DNA of 63,877 nucleotides, the filler included, from Dugesia japonica (Eukaryota), in assembly GCA_001938525.1 (NCBI GenBank). It is 6 parts of 6 records of this genome, joined end to end, with 100 filler letters (N's around TTAATTAATTAA, not from the genome) between each part and the next. Parts side by side here need not be neighbours in the genome. Positions count along the whole stretch, not along the records: positions 1 to 11,422 come from MQRL01606809.1; 5 more parts are not named here. One strand, given 5' to 3'. Below, piece after piece: positions 1-11,260 of the stretch (the stretch's first letter is position 1; every line of letters starts with the position of its first letter). A program made the position numbers and the translations under genes. Below the pieces are notes generated by a model. That model was not told the origin of the DNA. It saw only the letters and a list, made by a program, of their open reading frames with translations, and did not search any database.

Positions 1-65
1 AGATTTTGGAAGATTTTATAGTAATGAAATACAGAAAACTGTTTTATAAATTTTATTTAATAAAA

Positions 66-880
66 ATGTCTCAGTTGATCGTTAAAACTCCGGCTGCGTT
101 GATCTGGAATAAAAATAAAAACATTTAATAATAAAATTTTTCGATCTAATTTTAGATTATTAATAATCGGTTCATCAGGATTAGGTAAAAATGTTTTGTT
201 AATGAAAATGTTATTAACTCCAGAGTTTTTAGATTATGACACTTTGATAATTTATTCCACAACTATAAATCAATTTGAATTATAATTACTATATCAAGGT
301 TTTGAAAATGGATTAAGTAAACAAGATATCATTTTTAATTTTAAACATCAAAACATAGTTCCTGATGCTTTAATTACTCCTTTGCAAGTTATTCAATGGT
401 TTATAGAAAAATAATATTTAACAAATAAACCAAGATCTATTGACTCTTCTGGGATAAGCGTAGTTCTAAGTAATAAACCAAATGAAATTATTCCTTGTGA
501 TAAATTATCTAAACTGAAAAAGAATTTAATAATTTTTGATGATGTAGTAAATGTAAAAGATCATGAAATCCAGAAAAGTTATTTTACTAGAGGAAGACAT
601 GTAAATTTTAATGTAATTTATATTTCTTAAACTTATTTTCATTTAGATAAAAAACTCTATTAGAAACAATTCTATTTCTTTTATATTTTTGAAATCTAAT
701 AAAACTGATAAAGATAATGTTTATTATGATTTATTTAGTAATATATTTTCAAGTAAAAAGGAATATGATTATAATGTAAATTTACATTGGAAAACCAAGT
801 ATAATTATTATTATTTAAATAGAGAAGCTGAAGTTTTAATAGAAGATTTGTTTGAAGAAGAAGAGCGATTTCAAGAGTGA
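66..880 (+). pseudogene. Polinton genome-packaging ATPase (FtsK/A32-like), disrupted
   Basis: From 151: FRLLIIGSSGLGKNVLL (Walker A), then NLIIFDD (Walker B) and YFTRGRHVNFNVIYIS*TY (arginine finger and sensor region typical of Polinton ATPases). In-frame TAA codons and frameshifts. Confidence 0.93.
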
Positions 881-999
881 AAGAGTGAAAGTAAAAGATG
901 TAATAATTTCCTGCCAGGAAACTTTTACTAATCATCTTCATGGGGTCCTTCGGAATTTTCTTCTCCATTTAAAATTCCTATATCTAAATTTATTTTCTC

Positions 1000-1485
1000 T
1001 TGATTTAAAATTTATTCTACTCTTTTTAAATTATTATTTATCCGATACCAAGATAATGTAAAATTAAGTAAAATTGGGAAACGTTTACATAAATTATAAT
1101 ATTTCATTAATTTAGTAATATATGGATAAGAATAGTTTATATCATTATCTTGTAATATTTTCATAAGTTCATGTTTTTTCCTTTTAACTCTTTTACCTAA
1201 ATTTTTAAAATGTCTTCCTAAATTATAATAAACTTCATTTGATTTATTTTATTTCCAAGTTAATTAAATTGGAATCTAATGTTTTAATATTAATAATTAT
1301 TGAATTTATACATTTATTCTTTTCAATTGGTATAATCTGAGGTAAATCAATTTTTATACTTTTGTAAGATCTTAAAAATAAGTCTTTGAAATAGTTATTT
1401 CTAGATTGAATACTTGTTGAAGGCAATGATGTTGAAGATAATGATTGTTCTACTTGGGGCCCTCTGGGTTGTTCTAGTTTATATT
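1000..1485 (-). pseudogene. Uncharacterised Polinton-like ORF remnant, 5'-truncated at the terminus starting at 1486
   Basis: Frame KLEQPRGPQVEQSLSSTSLPSTSIQSRNNY (ORF 1244-1426) runs up to about 1485 with no ATG. The downstream limit is approximate. Confidence 0.4.
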
Positions 1486-1810
1486 AGTAGATAGATAGTG
1501 GCGAACTGTACAACCCCCTCCTCCCCTTCAAGGTCAAATTTTTCCAAGGTCACTGGTACAGTGATATAAAATTCTGATTGGTCAGTGATATAAAATACTC
1601 GATTTTCATAAACTAATTTGTCATAAACATTCTTAGAAAAATCATTTATTTTTTCAGTCTAAAATATAAATTAATAACAATAAATTAATTAATTAAACTT
1701 ACCATATTTGTTGAAACATTTTTCTTTTAATTCATAATTAAATTTCCCGTGCAGATTTAATATTTTAATTTCCCGCGCAGATTTAATATTTAAATTTCCC
1801 GCGCAGACAA
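1486..1810 (+). repeat. Putative Polinton terminus (TIR arm)
   Basis: Starts AGTAGATAGATAG (AG-starting simple repeat, as at Polinton ends; identical to the reverse complement of 54259-54271). Non-coding and locally GC-richer, with TCAAGGTCA/CCAAGGTCA, two CAGTGATATAAAAT, ATTGG and three 26-bp repeats. Confidence 0.7.
1741..1807 (+). promoter_or_regulatory. Three 26-bp tandem repeats with E2F-like TTTCCCGC sites
   Basis: AATTTCCCGYGCAGA begins at 1741, 1767 and 1793. TTTCCCGC (copies 2 and 3) fits the E2F consensus TTTSSCGC. Confidence 0.55.
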
Positions 1811-1880
1811 TATTTTTTGTTTTAATGTTTATTTCTTTATTTTTGTTTAAATTAATTGATTTTTTGTGATTTGTTTTAAT

Positions 1881-2269
1881 TTACTGATTTTTGAGATTTT
1901 TATTTAAATNNNNNNNNNNNNNNNNNNNNNNNNNNNNNNNNNNNNNNNNNNNNNNNNNNTATACATAAATACCTTTGGGAGTTTCTAATTCAGGTTCAAA
2001 TTCAACTTTATGATTAGTTTTATGTTCAAATCTTATATCTTCTTTAAAACTTACATCACCTTTAAATCTTGAATTAGAATGGGATCTGTTGGGATCAATT
2101 TCGATTTTATTAGATTTAGATTTAATATATTCATATATATGTTTAAAACATTCACAATCTTTATGATCTTTAATAAACAACTCTAAATTATTATCATTAT
2201 AAAGAAATCTGTTATTTCTTTTTCCATTATTCTTTCCTTATAACCATATTCCAAGTCACTTCGTTCCAT
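1881..2269 (-). pseudogene. Uncharacterised Polinton ORF, frameshifted
   Basis: MERSDLEYGYKERIMEKEITDFF, a frameshift, then NDNNLELFIKDHKDCECFKHIYEY. Divergent from the structural gene block. Confidence 0.45.
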
Positions 2270-2300
2270 TTTTATTAATAAAAGATTTAAGCTTAACAAA

Positions 2301-3678
2301 ATGTTTTCAGTATCCGAACAAGAATTAATTGATTTGGTAAATTCAAATAAATCTAAATCTATGAAAATTAATGGTAGAAACTATTGAATTGGTAGTAAAG
2401 TTAAAGAAGAAATAAAAAAGAAGCTGAGTAAAGAATATGAAGGATGATATGCTTTCCTCGCTGCAATACCGGCTATAATTGCTGGCTTAGCTTCAACAGT
2501 CGGTATTATGACCGGAATTACATCAACTGTTAGTAATTCAAGAGATGCAATTAAAAAACAAAAAGAAACTGAATTAGTTTAATTACAGAAAAAGATTTAG
2601 AAAATAAAATTAAAAAAGAAGAAATACAAGAAAATAAAACTGGATCAGGACTTTACTTAAAACCATATCAAGGAAGTTCAATTCATAAATATTCATAAAA
2701 TAGTTTACCTAATTCAGAGTTGAAAATGATTACTAAAAACTTTAAAAATGGAATAAGGTTAAAATAAAAGGTGATGGTTTATTTTTAAAACCTTATGAAA
2801 ATTCTCATAATAATCCTAAAAAAATGGATAGTAAACAAATGACAGAAAGAATAAAACTTTTATAAGAATTAATTAAAACTAGAGATGATTATTATAATTT
2901 ATTTACTACAGGAGTAATTCAATCAAAAACTTTACAAGATACTTTAACTTTACAACAACAACCTTCTATTAAAGCTTTTTAAAATTTAAAAACAAAAACT
3001 AAAAACCCTTTTGAAAAAAGAATACCATTTTCTTCAAGTACTATTGTAAATACTGAATTTTTATAAACCCCAACAAATATACCTATATTTAAAACAGACG
3101 TTATTGATAATAAAAAATTTCAAAGAATTATTTTTCCTAATCTTAAAGGATCACAAACAGTAATATATTTATTTGAAGAAAATGGAAAGAAATACTTTTT
3201 AAATTACTAAGAACTAATACCTTATACTGAAGAAATCATGAATTTAATTTTAGGAAATGGAAGTGATGATCCCGAAGCAAAAGATATTTATTTAAATAAA
3301 TTTAATATTACAGTTCATCCTAAATCTAAATATTATAAATTTTTAACTGGGGAAAAAACATCAAAAATACCTAAGCTTAAAAACGTTTTTGAAAGTGAAA
3401 AAGAAATTCCTATAAAAGAAATCTTAAAGGGTCCCATCCAAGAAGATATCAAAGGTGATGGTTTAGAATTAATTTCAAATTCAGAAGATCCAATATCTTT
3501 ATTTGAAAGATTAACTTTATTAATTTGAGCTGTAAAAGCTGGGCATAATAATTTATACAAAGAAATTAAATCTGTTTGTCAAGAATTATTAAACCAAGCC
3601 CAAAGGGGCACATTAATTACCAAAGAAAAATATAATGTTTATAAAAATAAATACTTTAGGTATAAAACCTTTCCATAA
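2301..3678 (+). pseudogene. Polinton virion core / membrane-lytic precursor-like protein, disrupted
   Basis: EG*YAFLAAIPAIIAGLASTVGIMTGITSTVSNSRDAIKKQKE (hydrophobic/amphipathic helix after a GG site), GSGLYLKPY and GDGLFLKPY repeats, and a C-terminal DPISLFERLTLLI*AVKAGHNNLYKEI motif resembling conserved animal Polinton proteins. Confidence 0.7.
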
Positions 3679-3682
3679 TAAA

Positions 3683-4348
3683 ATGTCTCATCAATTTTTA
3701 GTTGTTGGTAAAGAATCTGATTTAAAAATTGATTTAAGATTTCCAATAGAATTTGATTCAGACTATGAAATGGCTTTATTATCATTTAGTTGTTATAATA
3801 TAATTTTTAATGTTACTAATAAAAATAATACTTTTATTTTAAAAGCTGAACAAAAAATGATTGAACCGAGAGCTTATGAAATTAAAGAAATGTCTAATGA
3901 ATTAAAATATCATGAAATTGAAAGGGTTCCAGATCTATCAACAACAAAATGTACTTTAACAACAAAACATTCTCTCAAGTTTAATAAAAAATCTTGTTTT
4001 CATATTATTTTAGGTTTTTTACCTAAAGAATACTTACCAGGAAAATATTATTCAGAAAATAAAGTTGATATTTTAAACATTAATATGATAAATATAACTT
4101 GCAATTTAGTTAAAGGTAATTATATCAACAACTTACCAATGAATTTATTATATTCTTTTTACGTAAATACTGTAGGTTTTGGTTTTAAAATTATAGAAAG
4201 ACCTTCTACTCCTATGTACTCAAGATTAAACTCCAAATGTATTGATTCTTTAAAATTTAATATTATAGATGAAAATAATAATCCTTTAGATTTTGATGGT
4301 GAAACTATTTCTTTATTAGTTCATATAAGAAAATGTATGGGATNTTAG
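3683..4348 (+). CDS. Polinton minor capsid protein (penton, single jelly-roll)
   Basis: MSHQFLVVGKESDL..FPIEFDSDYEMALLSF..NVTNKNN..AYEI..ILGF..INITCNLVKGNYIN..GFKIIERP..NIIDENNNPLDFDGE matches the Polinton minor capsid pattern. Frame is essentially open. Confidence 0.88.
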   Translation: MSHQFLVVGKESDLKIDLRFPIEFDSDYEMALLSFSCYNIIFNVTNKNNTFILKAEQKMIEPRAYEIKEMSNELKYHEIERVPDLSTTKCTLTTKHSLKFNKKSCFHIILGFLPKEYLPGKYYSENKVDILNINMINITCNLVKGNYINNLPMNLLYSFYVNTVGFGFKIIERPSTPMYSRLNSKCIDSLKFNIIDENNNPLDFDGETISLLVHIRKCMGX

Positions 4349-4747
4349 ATTTTCTAAAAACATTTGGAATAAATACTAAACCTAATTTTAATATGTATTC
4401 TATTGCTGATTTTTTAAATCTTGAAATAGAAATATTAATGAAAGATAAAAAGTTATTCGCGAGCGCACAGGTTTTTAAAATTATTAATTATCAAAATACA
4501 AATAAAAAATGAAGTCATTGGGTTGCTTTTCATAATCCTAAAGNGGCNTATAGTTATTATTTTGATTTTTATGGTTTAAAACCTTTTAAAGAAATTGAAA
4601 AANATGTAAATGTATATAACAAAATTCAAGTTCAACCTTTTGGAACTAGTATTTGTGGAATTTTGTGTTTTTATTTTTTATATTCACTTAGTTTTAAACC
4701 CCTTTCATGAAATTATTGAAGAATTATATATTACTCTATATAAATGA
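4333..4747 (+). pseudogene. Adenain-like (adenovirus-type C5) maturation cysteine protease, disrupted
   Basis: IINYQNTNKK*SHWVAF (catalytic His), YYFDFYGLKP (Asp) and QVQPFGTSICGILCFYFL (Gln oxyanion hole and catalytic Cys). Premature TGA and a 3' frameshift. Confidence 0.9.
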
Positions 4748-5928
4748 ATATATTTGGAGCTACTTTAAATAGTCAAAATAATACAGAAGTATTAAAACAT
4801 GTCTCTGCTAAATTAAAATTAGAATCTGTAAACAACGATAAAAGGTTTGTTAATGAAAGTGGTGATTCGATTACTTGTTTGAAAATTATCAATGAACCTA
4901 AAAATGAATTGGGTGCTATTAATTTAAAATATTTTACTAAATTAGAAAAACAAGTTTCTGAGCTGACACTAACAACGAGAAATCAAAATATTTATATTCA
5001 ACAACTTTTTGAAATTAATAAATCATGGATAAAAACCAAATTTGATTTCATTATTAAAAAAAATAAATTAAATGAATCTTTTATTTCTTTTAAAAACGAG
5101 CAAACACAAACAAAAAGTGATCCCAACGGGTCTTATTTTAAAAATGAGTTAACACAAACGAAGAATGAGAAAAATATTAATGAGAAAATAATGGAATTGA
5201 AAAAAGAGATCGCGAAGCTCACACAAAAATTAATAATTTATCTAGTAATTGTTCTCCTGAAAAATTTTAAAAAATAAATTTAGAATTGCAAAAATTAAAT
5301 TACAAAATCAATTTTAATAAAAAAAATGATGAATGATCCTTTAATTTCTTTAGAAACAGAATTTAATAAAATAAAACAAGATCTTCATGTTGATCGTGTT
5401 AAAGAAATTAATGATTGTATTGATAAATTATAAAAACAAGCATCATCTGAAAAACTTTATGAACAAGATTTATTAGACAGGATTAAAAAAGTAATTGATA
5501 ATTATTTTCCATTTCTTGTTTTAAAAAATTATGGTAAGTTTGATGATGTATTAATATTTTTATTAACTACTTTAATTACAAAGAATGACCCCATTAAATT
5601 CTCACTACCAACTTATTATGGTTTAATATCACCATTTAAAAGAAAAAGAAAAGGAATATTAAAAGATAATAAATATTATTACCTTGAAAAACCATTATAA
5701 CTTTATTTTCGTTTAAATAGAGTAAGATATAAGGCTTATTTAATAATTCAAGGTTATTGTGACATTTCATTTTTCGAAATATATGTAATAATTGATAAAA
5801 TTCCAAAAATATTTGAATACAATTTTATTCAAAAACAAGAATTTACTTTTTTTATAGAATACAAAGAAATTTTATTAACTGATAAATATATTGTAGATAC
5901 AGTTACTTTAATTTTACCTAAAAATATT
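4744..5928 (+). pseudogene. Putative fibre/receptor-binding protein
   Basis: N-terminal MNIFG, a stalk-like EPKNELGAINLKY motif, a long coiled coil, then broken downstream frames (5327-5928). Located after penton and protease. Confidence 0.45.
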
Positions 5929-6049
5929 TNNNNNNNNNNNNNNNNNNNNNNNNNNNNNNNNNNNNNNNNNNNNNNNNNNNNNNNTGAATTATCGAAACCC
6001 AAATTATTACTAAAATAAAATTTCTGAAGATTTAAACGAGAATGAACAA

Positions 6050-6568
6050 ATGCAAGCTGAAAGTGAAAATAAAAATTTATATCCAAATTTAGAAAAATAT
6101 ATTTACAAAGACCAAAAATATACTATTCAAGATCTAAAAACTAAATTATCAAATTTAATAATTGTTGATTTTGAATCAGATCTTTATTTCATTAATGATA
6201 AAATTAACCATTACAAAAAGATTTATAAAAGATGGTCAAGGTTAGATACTTCAATTAGATTTACAGAAATATTTATTGAAACAATTGTTGGAATAACTGG
6301 AACTGTTTTAATTTCTTTAGGAACTTTTGGAATATTAGGAGCTATCGCTCCTATAATCTTAACTACGACAGTTTCTTGCATTCCTATAATTGGAACTTTA
6401 AATTCATTTTTAATAAAATCAAAAAAGAAGAAATTTAAAAATTTAATTCATGAATTAGAAAAAGCTTTATCAGATGATGTATTAACCGATGACGAAATTT
6501 CAACAAGCAAGAATATAGTTAAACAAGTTAAAGATTTGATTTCACATGAAAAAAATAAAGAAGTTTAA
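6050..6568 (+). CDS. Polinton-associated membrane protein (two hydrophobic segments)
   Basis: NLYPNL..HYKKIYKRW..TIVGITGTVLISLGTFGILGAIAPIILTTTVSCIPIIG..KALSDDVLTDDE resembles a recurrent Polinton 2-TM protein with a KALxDxxIxxxE motif. Confidence 0.65.
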   Translation: MQAESENKNLYPNLEKYIYKDQKYTIQDLKTKLSNLIIVDFESDLYFINDKINHYKKIYKRWSRLDTSIRFTEIFIETIVGITGTVLISLGTFGILGAIAPIILTTTVSCIPIIGTLNSFLIKSKKKKFKNLIHELEKALSDDVLTDDEISTSKNIVKQVKDLISHEKNKEV

Positions 6569-6649
6569 TATGAAAGTGAAATTTTAAAGAAACTTGAAGA
6601 AAAAATTGAAAATCAACAAAAAGTAATTAATAAATTAAAGAAATAAATT

Positions 6650-6671
6650 AATTGTGCGCGCGCGCACAATT
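6650..6671. terminator. Perfect 22-bp palindrome between convergent viral genes (candidate 3'-end signal)
   Basis: AATTGTGCGCGCGCGCACAATT is its own reverse complement and lies between the end of the plus-strand block and the end of polB. Function is inferred. Confidence 0.4.
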
Positions 6672-6675
6672 TTTT

Positions 6676-9600
6676 ATATTAAATTACAATTTAATTTTTG
6701 TTTTAATTTATCTAGTCTTAAATGCCAATGATTACAAATTTCACATTTAAACTTATTTCCATGGGGCCAAGTTCTGACTCCATTATCCTCGATTAGTCTT
6801 TTCTCGTCATAACCTGTTAATGCTATCTTTTTTCGTTCAATTTACTCAATTTCATGTTTATTTGATTTTAAACTATTATTGGTTCCATAGATTATTTCTT
6901 TTGAGTTTAAAGCTTTATCAAATTGATTCATCCCTATTTCATAAAATTTTGAAACTCCTTTGTCTTTTATCTAATTTATTGTTATCGTATTCATATGCAT
7001 AACTTTACGATTTTATAAAGTCACATTTAGTTATTTCATTATTTGGTTTCTCATCTTTTATTTGGAATAAATTATTTCCTAATAAATTTTCTACTTGTGT
7101 TAAATTATTTCTACCTATAATTTCTACAAATATAGAATTTGTATCTGAATAATGAACTTTATACTTGTTTGGGATCTTTACATCTAACTGATTATAAATA
7201 AAATCATATATAACTTCTTTTGCATTTTCTAAAATAGTGAAACCAATGTATGGAAACTTGTTATATTTTAATTTACTTTGTCTTAAATGAATAGCAGCTG
7301 TTTCTGCTTCTCCTGTTTCTGTACACGTAAATATTTTACTTGCTTTAAAATTTATTTTAGAAGCGAAGTTTTGATAATCTTTATCTGTTCCAACTATTTC
7401 AACATTGCATCTTTTTCCAATATCTTCTAATGTTTTACCATAAAAAGCATTATTTAATAATTTAAAAAAGTAATCACCAAACACATCATTATTTTTTTTT
7501 GATATATTTCTCTGATCAATGTTAAATTGTATATAATTTTTTAACCATGGTTTTGTTGGCATAATATATTTTGAATGGATTTTTTTAATTTTCATTCCTA
7601 AAGATAANTACAAATCTAATGTACTTCCTAAAACTATATAATTTTGTTTATCAAATTGATTCAATGTTAGTTTAATATTTTTCTTTGATAATTTCTTTTC
7701 AATACTTATTTGATATGACCCCAACATTTCTTCTGTAATATTTATTCTATCTCGAGCTAGAGGAAAGTATTTTGTCTTTTCGTCTATTTCAGGAGGACAT
7801 TCTAAATCCACTTCATAAATGTAATTTATTTTATCTGTTGATTGTGTATATTCTAAGTCTTCAACTTCATAAATTCTACCGGTAGGTAAAGGTTTTGTCA
7901 TACAGGATGCGTAAAGACTGTTTTCATCTAAATATTTAATAAATGTATCTTCAAAATAATTTTCTGGAATTGTTTTTCCTTCTTTCATTAATTTTAATAA
8001 ATCTTTTTTTTCTGCAATATTTATTTTTTCATAATCATTGTTTTTATTACTGTTATGATTAAAAACTTGTCTTTCTCCACAAACACTTAAATAACCACCT
8101 CTTACACCTCTTTCTATTTTTAAAAATGTGTTATATGTGTCTTCTTTGGCATATTTTAGTTTTTGTTAAGTAAATTTCATACCTGCAGCCCAGGTTAATT
8201 CTGGTGCAGAATAACAATAGCTTGGATCTATTTGATAATTGTTTAAACAAATCTCTCTAAAGTTTTCAAAGAAATCTGCTAAAATAATTACATCTAATTT
8301 CGTGTAATGTAACATGTATTCAAATAAATTATTGAATCGTTGGAAGTCTTGTAAAAATTCATTATAATCTTGTTCAGATATTTTTTGTTGTTTTAGTTTA
8401 TTGTTAAAATCTACTTTTGATGGAACTCTTTCTGATTTTAATAAATTAATTACTTGATTAATATTTTTTCCTTTAACATATTCATAAGGAAATGATATTT
8501 TCATTGGAACAAGATTAAAAGATTTTAGATAGCTTTATTTTTTTGATTGATTTAATAATTTACCTATTGTGTCAATTGATGTAAATGGACACATTCTCGA
8601 TGAATCTAAAAATCTGGTCTGTCTAAATTCAAAGGAAATGTACACTTCATCTGTATGTGGAATTATTCTTTTTATTTCTTTGGGATATTTAGTTAATAAT
8701 TCTTTGAAAAACAAATGATTATTATATCCTGAAGCATTGTGAAAATAAAAAGGAATAAATAAATNTTTTATTGATTTGTCTTGTAGATTACAAATATTAT
8801 GAGCATAACCTCTATATTTTCCATCAAAGTGATCATGATCAATTACTAGGTTTTCAATGATTAATTAATTACAATATATGCATTTTAGGTGAGCTTGCTC
8901 ACCTTCCCTATGTTCAGAAACTTCGTAACAAGGAACTTCACCTCTTAAATAAGGGATTAAATTATTTTCTTTTATATCATTTAATTTATTATTAATTTCT
9001 TCTAAAAATTCAAAGAACTGTTCGTGTATGTTTTCTCCATAAAATACTTTATATTCATTTTGAATTAAATGCTGATATTTAATTTTTATGTAAATTCCAA
9101 GAGATAAAGGTTTTTGTTTATTTGTGTTGGAATTCGTCCAACTTTCGAAATCTGCATAAATTACAAAAGGTAATTCATTTGAGAAATAATTATTTTTAAA
9201 TGAAAAATATTTATCTGTTTTAAACTAAACACTTGATGAATCGTGATTTATACATTCTTTTTGATATTTTGTTAATAAATCTTTACTTCTATATGAATTC
9301 ATACAGCATAAACACAAATGATTTTTATGATTATTAGTATTTACAAAAACACCAACATTTCTACATAAAATATAATGACCTTCGTAAAATAATAAATTAC
9401 ATTTATTTGGGACCTCCTCTGGGCATCTGGTGATGGATTACTATCATAATGAGAAGTATAAATAGGATAGATTTTAGCAGAGTTAATTACTTCAAAAACA
9501 CTTACTTTAAAATTATTTAATTTTTCAAATATTTTTACATCATCAATAATAGCTGGAAAATTCATTCCATTTATTTTTAATTCATTTAAATAAGGAATAT

Positions 9601-11260
9601 ATTTTGAAACTNNNNNNNNNNNNNNNNNNNNNNNNNNNNNNNNNNNNNNNNNNNNNNNNNNTAAGGGATTAAATTATTTTCTTTTATATCATTTAATTTA
9701 TTATTAATTTCTTCTAAAAATTCAAAGAACTGTTCGTGTATGTTTTCTCCATAAAATACTTTATATTCATTTTGAATTAAATGCTGATATTTAATTTTTA
9801 TGTAAATTCCAAGAGATAAAGGTTTTTGTTTATTTGTGTTGGAATTCGTCCAACTTTCGAAATCTGCATAAATTACAAAAGGTAATTCATTTGAGAAATA
9901 ATTATTTTTAAATGAAAAATATTTATCTGTTTTAAAATAAACACTTGATGAATCGTGATTTATACATTCTTTTTGATATTTTGTTAATAAATCTTTACTT
10001 CTATTTGAATTCATACATCATAAACACAAATGATTTTTATGATTATTAATATATACAAAAACACCAACATTTCTACATAAAATATAATGACCTTCGTAAA
10101 ATAATAAATTACATTTATTTGGGACCTCCTCTGGGCATCTGGTGATGGATTACTATCATAATGAGAAGTATAAATAGGATAGATTTTAGCAGAGTTAATT
10201 ACTTCAAAAACACTTACTTTAAAATTATTTAATTTTTCAAATATTTTTACATCATCAATAATAGCTGGAAAATTCATTCCATTTATTTTTAATTCATTTA
10301 AATAAGGAATATATTTTGAAACTCTAGTTGGATGATATTCAAATACATGTTTATGAGCTAAAGTAGAATATAGAAAACAATAATCATCTTTATTTTTAAT
10401 ATTAATTATACCTGGTTTAATAAAAGGTAATTTTTTATAAGTTGCTCCAACAATTGATTGATATTTTGAAAGTTCAATTTTAAAATCAACAATATGATCT
10501 AAATTCCATCCACTTTCATTTTGATCTTCATCTTCCATGTATCTTTGAAGTTGATTTATCAAATCATTTACAATAATTTTGTCATCATTTTTGACAGTAA
10601 TTCTTTCATTATTTGAATATGAATTAAATACTTTTTCTTCATCTTCTTTAGTACAATTACAATTTACACTCAAACAAACCATCATCTTTTTTGAATAATC
10701 AAAATAAATATCAAAAATTTTAGTAATTTCTTTTTTAAACCAGGTTATTAATTTAAAATTTAATTTTTGTACATTTCTAGTTAGTTCAATTTTACTTTCT
10801 TTAAAATATTCAATATTATAATACTTTATATTTTTTAAATGTTTAAATAATTCTCGGGTTTCATTCTTTTCAAAATCGATTGCTTCATCTTCAGGTAATT
10901 TATCAAATAATTTTTTAGTTTCATCTTCTTTCAATTTCAAAACACTCTCTTTGTGTATTCCACTATTAAGATGTGATTTTGCATGATTTGTCTAGTAAAT
11001 TTTAAATTGCAAATATCACAATACAATTGAAATTCACCAATCACACAAGAAGCTCTATTACTTCCACAATTTGTGAAGTTTTTATGCAATCGCAAGCCTT
11101 TTTCACTTTATAATCTTTTGAAACAAATGTTACATGTGTGATAATCGTGTACCGATCTTGCACAGGTTCGAGATGGGATATGCGACGACAACCCTGCATT
11201 ATTTTTAAAAATCTTGTTACAAACAGGACATTTAAAAATTACTGTTAAAGCCATATTCAT
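6676..11260 (-). pseudogene. polB: Protein-primed family B DNA polymerase with N-terminal Zn fingers, terminal protein, vOTU protease and EndoVII/HNH insertion; inactivated
   Basis: ATG at 11260; CPVC..H, CNIC..H and CDIC..H fingers; ESGWNL; NIKNKDDYCFLYS...EGHYIL (OTU Cys/His); Exo I VIYADFES; VIDHDHFDGKYRGYAHNICNL; Exo II FHNASGYN; Exo III YTKLDV; motif A YLDENSLY; motif B KLLNNAFYGK; motif C YSDTNS (catalytic D changed to N); C-terminal KIALTGYDEKR. Confidence 0.96.
8950..10323. repeat. About 660-bp near-identical duplication across an N gap inside polB
   Basis: 8950-9611 is repeated at 9662-10323 with a handful of substitutions. Probably an unmerged contig overlap. Confidence 0.85.

Noticed and set aside
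1741-1807. Short regularly spaced repeats (also 62445-62500 and 63575-63825) as possible CRISPR arrays
   Set aside because: No unique spacers, no cas genes, eukaryotic context. These are plain tandem repeats.
2380-4520. TGA at three positions where Gly is expected in Polinton genes (EG*Y, LI*AV, K*SHW), hinting at TGA=Gly recoding
   Set aside because: TAA/TAG stops, TGA at probable Arg positions, frameshifts and a mutated catalytic Asp also occur. Simple decay explains it.
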